Made by a program: the position numbers and the translations under genes
Notes under the pieces: generated by a model
Told to the model about the DNA's origin: nothing
What the model saw: the letters and a program-made list of their open reading frames with translations, nothing else
Databases searched by the model: none
Shown: one piece after another, positions 51,352-64,000 of the stretch
Numbering within the stretch: the first letter of the stretch is position 1
Layout of the letters: each line of letters starts with the position of its first letter
From: Tubulanus polymorphus
Taxonomy: Eukaryota > Animalia > Nemertea
Direction: 5' to 3'
NCBI RefSeq assembly: GCF_964204645.1
Contig: NC_134034.1
Coordinates: 2,294,072 to 2,358,071 of the forward strand
DNA: 64,000 nt

Positions 51352-53676
51352 ATGGAAAGAACTATCTTGATGATTTTGGCCGTTGCCGTCGTCCATTCGG
51401 CATCGGCAACAATTCGTAAGTATTCGTCATAGTCGTCCAAACATCGCAGACGTGTTTTTCGCACGATGCTAGCTTTCGAATTTTTGAAATCTAACGCCCG
51501 TTAACTGCCGTGTTTCGTCATAGCAAATTATGGATAGATTAAAACATGTAGACTATTTATCCAGATTTTATATCGTGATATCATTTGTTGTTGGAAGTTT
51601 GTTCTTGTAAATTTTGCCGCATTTTATATCTATATATTGCTCGATTTTTAACACTGGCTACATTTGTCCAAATTTTGAACACCCACTATCGAAGAATTTG
51701 AAATGTGAATTTTCTCTGAAATCTTTCAGGATTAGATTGTTTATCATATCATCAATTTTATTCCGCAGTGTACGATTTGGCGCAAGGACGAGATGCGACC
51801 CAGAGCAGTACTTTAAGGGACGCCAACCTGGCTATCAGAGGGAAGGAATGGCCCCGAGCTATCGATACGTGTAGCGCTACGGAAGATACCGCTAACGACC
51901 CCTGGTGGCAGGTTGATCTGGGCACCGAGCGCGAAGTGTCCGACGTTTTCGTTCAAGGTAATGAAATCAACTTTTCGAAAATAAATCAGTTGTTTTGTTA
52001 CCGCTTAAAATCAAAATACACCAGACGATGATATTTAGTGAGGGCTCGAAATGTCGTGTATTTTGATTTCAATTGTTGATAAACAAAATGCGATTCTAAT
52101 CGTTAAAATTCTGTATATATACGGGTTTTAAACTTATGGTCTGATCACCGCGTCTGGGTGTGCGGGCTATTCGACCAATAAATGTTTACCTACGTCCAAA
52201 AAAACTGTACACGATCTGTGTCTTTATCTAGGAATGCTGAAAACCTTTAACATTTTTGTATCGAACCAACCCGCGTCAGTAAATGACCTTCCGATCCAAA
52301 GTCGTCTGTGTTACGCAAACGAGAACACACTGACTGACGACCGAATGGGAAAGTTCAAGTGTGCTGAACCCCTGAAGGGGCGCTACGTAATCATCACATC
52401 TCCGGCCAAATTCGGAAAGTTAGAACTGTGCGGAGTTCACGTGTATGAAGGTGAGCTCATAAACCAGCTACGCCACTAGATGGCGTAGCTAACAATCAAT
52501 TTTTTGTTATTGCTCGAATACCGATAATGGGTTTGTGCGTGATAAATGATGATAATAATACTGAAAACAACAAAATAAATTCACTTGGAAATTTCGACTT
52601 CAAACTGTGACATTTTTGACTCAATTAATCCAAATACAAATTATCGTAACTTTTTTTCTCTCCTTGACAAACAGAATGCAAGACTGATAATTGTAAAATC
52701 GGTACCTGCATGGACCTGTCAACTCCGAGACGGTAAGCCTACGTAACTGGTATACTACTAGCACACCTGGACCCTTGCTTGCCAAAAAGTGGAATTATCT
52801 ATTCCTGTAGTAGTTAATATCCGAATGCACACTAGCGACACCTGATGGATCCTTGCTTGCCACAAGTGTAATCATCTATTGCCGATGTAGTTGATATCCT
52901 ACAGCGCACTAAGCGACACTTGGTAGATCCTCACTTGCTACAAATTGAATCATCTTTGCCGCAATTGTCCTTACTACATCTCAGTGGCGACACCTGGTGG
53001 ATCCCCACTCGTTACAAGTGTAATCCTCAAATGCCACAGCATTGAAAAGTTAAAGCGCAGTAAACTGGCTAACTACTAACGCACCAAATAGATCCACACT
53101 AGCCACAGTCAGAGGTGGATCAAATCGTGGTGGACTTTTTCAAAACTTTAAACGACCTCAAATTCAATTGTCGCATTCGCTTCGAAAGACGCAGGACTGA
53201 ATATAATTGCGTGGAATAGAACAACCTAGAAATACGCGAGCAATTTCAGTAAAATAAATGCACAATCTTTTTGAGAAGCATTGTTGGTATTGGAGCTTTT
53301 ACGATGCCCTTTTCTCAATGCGATTTACCCTGAGATTTTTTGGTAAAACTATTGCTCCCGAGCCTCCCTGACGGCCAGCCTTACTAGGTCTCCTTCGCGT
53401 CAAACGTGTAAGAATATTGAGATCTTCTATTTTTCGTTTCTTTTTTGTTGTAGCTGTAAACTGGCGGCTATGAAAGGATGCAAGGACTATTCGTTCTTGA
53501 AAAGCTCCGAGCAGTGCAGAGCGACGTGTAAATTATGCAAGCCTGAATCCGGAATCCCTAAAGCCCTGTGTTCCGACAACAGTAAATGGTGTCCCACTTG
53601 GGCGCAAAACGGCGAATGCGACTTAAATCCCAAATACATGCATGCTAATTGTAAAATATCCTGCGATACTTGTTAA
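51352..53676 (+). CDS. Secreted F-type lectin (fucolectin/F5-8 type C-like) domain protein with two C-terminal ShKT domains (250 aa)
   Basis: Exons 51352-51415 (signal peptide), 51769-51957, 52232-52450, 52675-52732 and 53454-53676; phases 1,1,1,2 are consistent. FTLD hallmarks LAQGRDATQSST, DPWWQVDLG, C..PLKGRYV.I and LELCGVHVY. ShK patterns C.D...C...CRATCKLC and CSDNSKWCPTWAQNGEC..NPKYM..NCKISCDTC. Confidence 0.9.
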
Positions 53677-53877
53677 TACTGTGATGAATTCCAGGTTTTT
53701 CGCCCTTTCGTTTCGCGTATCCGGTGTAGATCAATTTGAACATTGAATAGTAGTTATAAAGTAGCATTAATAATAGTCGTTGTATGATCAGTAGCGATGA
53801 AATATAATTAATCATCATAATAATAATATATACATACAACACTTGAGCCTTGATTTTTTGAATTGCTGAACAGATTA

Positions 53878-54050
53878 ATTAAGGGTAAATGCTACTTCGG
53901 TCGGATTGGCCAGCTCGAAGACCCACGGTACCGTGGAATTTTCACCCAGCACTGGCAGTGGTTGTCTCCACCAGTGATCTCCGCATCTTCACCCGTCAAG
54001 GGATTCGAACCCACTACGCTAAAGCTGTTCCCCGAACCCCTTGACCTCAC
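53878..54050 (-). mobile_element. Possible tRNA-derived SINE fragment
   Basis: Minus strand carries a GGGTTCGAATCCC B box, a GC-rich body and a TTACCCTTAATTAA tail. Confidence 0.35.
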
Positions 54051-55366
54051 GTGTCGTTGGAGTCGTTACTAGCCGACCAGAATCCGGTCGTACCAATCAC
54101 AGCGCTTGCAACAAACCGTCAGTAGACTTCTGTTGGTTTCCCGTTAAATTGACCAATCAGCGAACGTTTTACCGAACAAGGAAGTATTTCGCAAATCGAT
54201 ATATGACGTCACGCGCAACAGCGCCAGTAATGAAATCACGCTTCGTGAGGCCAGGGGGCTGGTGGAAGCGAGTTCGGGAGTGACCGGACCCCTGGCAAGC
54301 GAGGATGTGATCTCCGTCGCTCTACGATCCTAGTGTAACCAACCACTCAGACGCGTGCATTCAAATTCGCTGTACAGTTGCCAACCAGAATTTGGTCGGC
54401 TTTTTGTCCGTGTTCAAACTGCGATATCTCAGCAAATAAACAACCGATTTTGATGAATAAACTATCTACACTAACCTGATGATGTCCTGCGGTAGTTCAT
54501 TATATCATTTTGACGATAAATCTGATTTTAGTATGACTAGATTTAAGATACAAAAATGATGCGCTGTTTAGCGACGAGACACGCATTGCTCGAGTATCTT
54601 GTTGCTAACGAACTACAGTCTTACAATGCCTAGTTTCATAGTGAAGAAAAATGGTGTCATTTTTGCTATTTCTGTATTTATATCGCATCAAGCACGGACT
54701 ATGATGAAGGAACCTCCGAATGAAAATAATAATAAGAAAACTGAATGTTTGAGGTTTGTAAAGAGAGTTTATTTTTCACAATCGGTTTAGTGAAACTGGA
54801 TTTCTGGTGGTTTAAAGTCACAGCGATTTAAGAGTATTGAGAAAATGTCGTTCGCATCTTAGTGTCTGTGGTACATCAGACACTAAGATTCTTGGTGAAG
54901 TGGAATTCTGAATAGGTGAAGATCGTGATGTAAAGCGCTTCTATCGACTATTTGAAAATGCAACAAAACACTCATATACGTATGATTCGACCAGCACCTA
55001 ATAACATCAACGGATACACATCACGATATCAATTTTTAATCTATATGATTTAACAAAATATATAAGAAGATATTCTTGAACCGGGGCTAAATCGAAAATG
55101 AATTGAGTCGAGCCCCGGGTTAAATAAAGATAATACCGGTCTCTATAAAACTGGCCGCTGCGTATTATCCGGATCCACCGCTGCGTCAGACATAGTAAGA
55201 AGACGAAACGTGAATATTCATTTAAAAATCCATAAGCTTTTATTTCTTCATCATCGAATCTTTGAGCCATACAAGAAATTTTTACAATGTTTATTACTCA
55301 ATATTTCTTACCATCGATGACATAATGGTTCCTATTTTCACAGTCGTACAAAAAAATACACCTTAA

Positions 55367-55654
55367 CCCTTTCAGTGCATCTACACCGCAGTGCGGTGTA
55401 CAAATCGGTGATGGATTTTGCTAGTACACTGTGCCGCGGTGTATTTGATGTAATTAGTAATTACTAATTATCTCTCTTGAAAGATGGCAGCACCTGTCAA
55501 ACATAGTGAAATACTAGCAACTAACGATGCACTGCACCGCGGTGTAGACGCACTATAGTGGTATTCCTGTTATTCAACACACTAGGGTGGAATTTTAAAA
55601 ATTTTCAATTTATCTCCAGCACTATAGGGTATTGATCAGTCAGCACTGAAAGGG
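55367..55654. mobile_element. piggyBac-type MITE, second copy, just downstream of the EFTUD2 stop
   Basis: TTAA|CCCTTTCAGTGC...GCACTGAAAGGG|TTAT; colinear with 27212-27499. Confidence 0.85.
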
Positions 55655-55684
55655 TTATATTCCGCTTGCAAAACAATCGTCCCC

Positions 55685-63952
<8,268 letters not shown>

Positions 63953-64000
63953 CTGCAAAACACGACGAAAGAAATCACGATTCAAATACACATTGCATAA

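Noticed and set aside
50700-54015. Possible tRNA genes at GGTTCGAATCCC motifs (20200, 50732, 54001)
   Set aside because: No cloverleaf (no acceptor/anticodon stems); these are repeat-borne B boxes.

Overview
Intron-rich, repeat-rich animal genomic DNA; an invertebrate bilaterian is inferred, but the lineage cannot be fixed from sequence alone. I assembled six protein-coding genes by hand from splice sites and reading-frame phase. (1, 2) A tandem pair of paralogous secreted, amphipathic-helical precursors that I cannot assign to a family (+, 1549-2721 and 7507-12241). They share an exon architecture, a Gln after the signal peptide and a GGL-GKR amidation/cleavage signal. (3) The first coding exon of a rutabaga/AC1-type adenylate cyclase (-, 38368-37661). 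I could not find its next exon in the remaining 37.6 kb, so the precursor pair is probably nested antisense in a giant intron. (4) A complete 13-coding-exon FBXL4 (-). (5) A secreted F-type-lectin-domain + 2xShK protein with a degenerate fucose site (+). (6) The last 12 exons of EFTUD2/Snu114 (-). Non-coding DNA holds two Penelope-like insertions with hammerhead ribozyme motifs, inverted ends and TSDs. It also holds Harbinger-, piggyBac- and Tc1-type MITEs and several dispersed tandem-repeat families, one of which carries a CTCF-like motif in each unit. The best candidate for a novel system is the nested pair of amidated amphipathic polyprotein precursors. Gene models are manual and not validated by transcripts.
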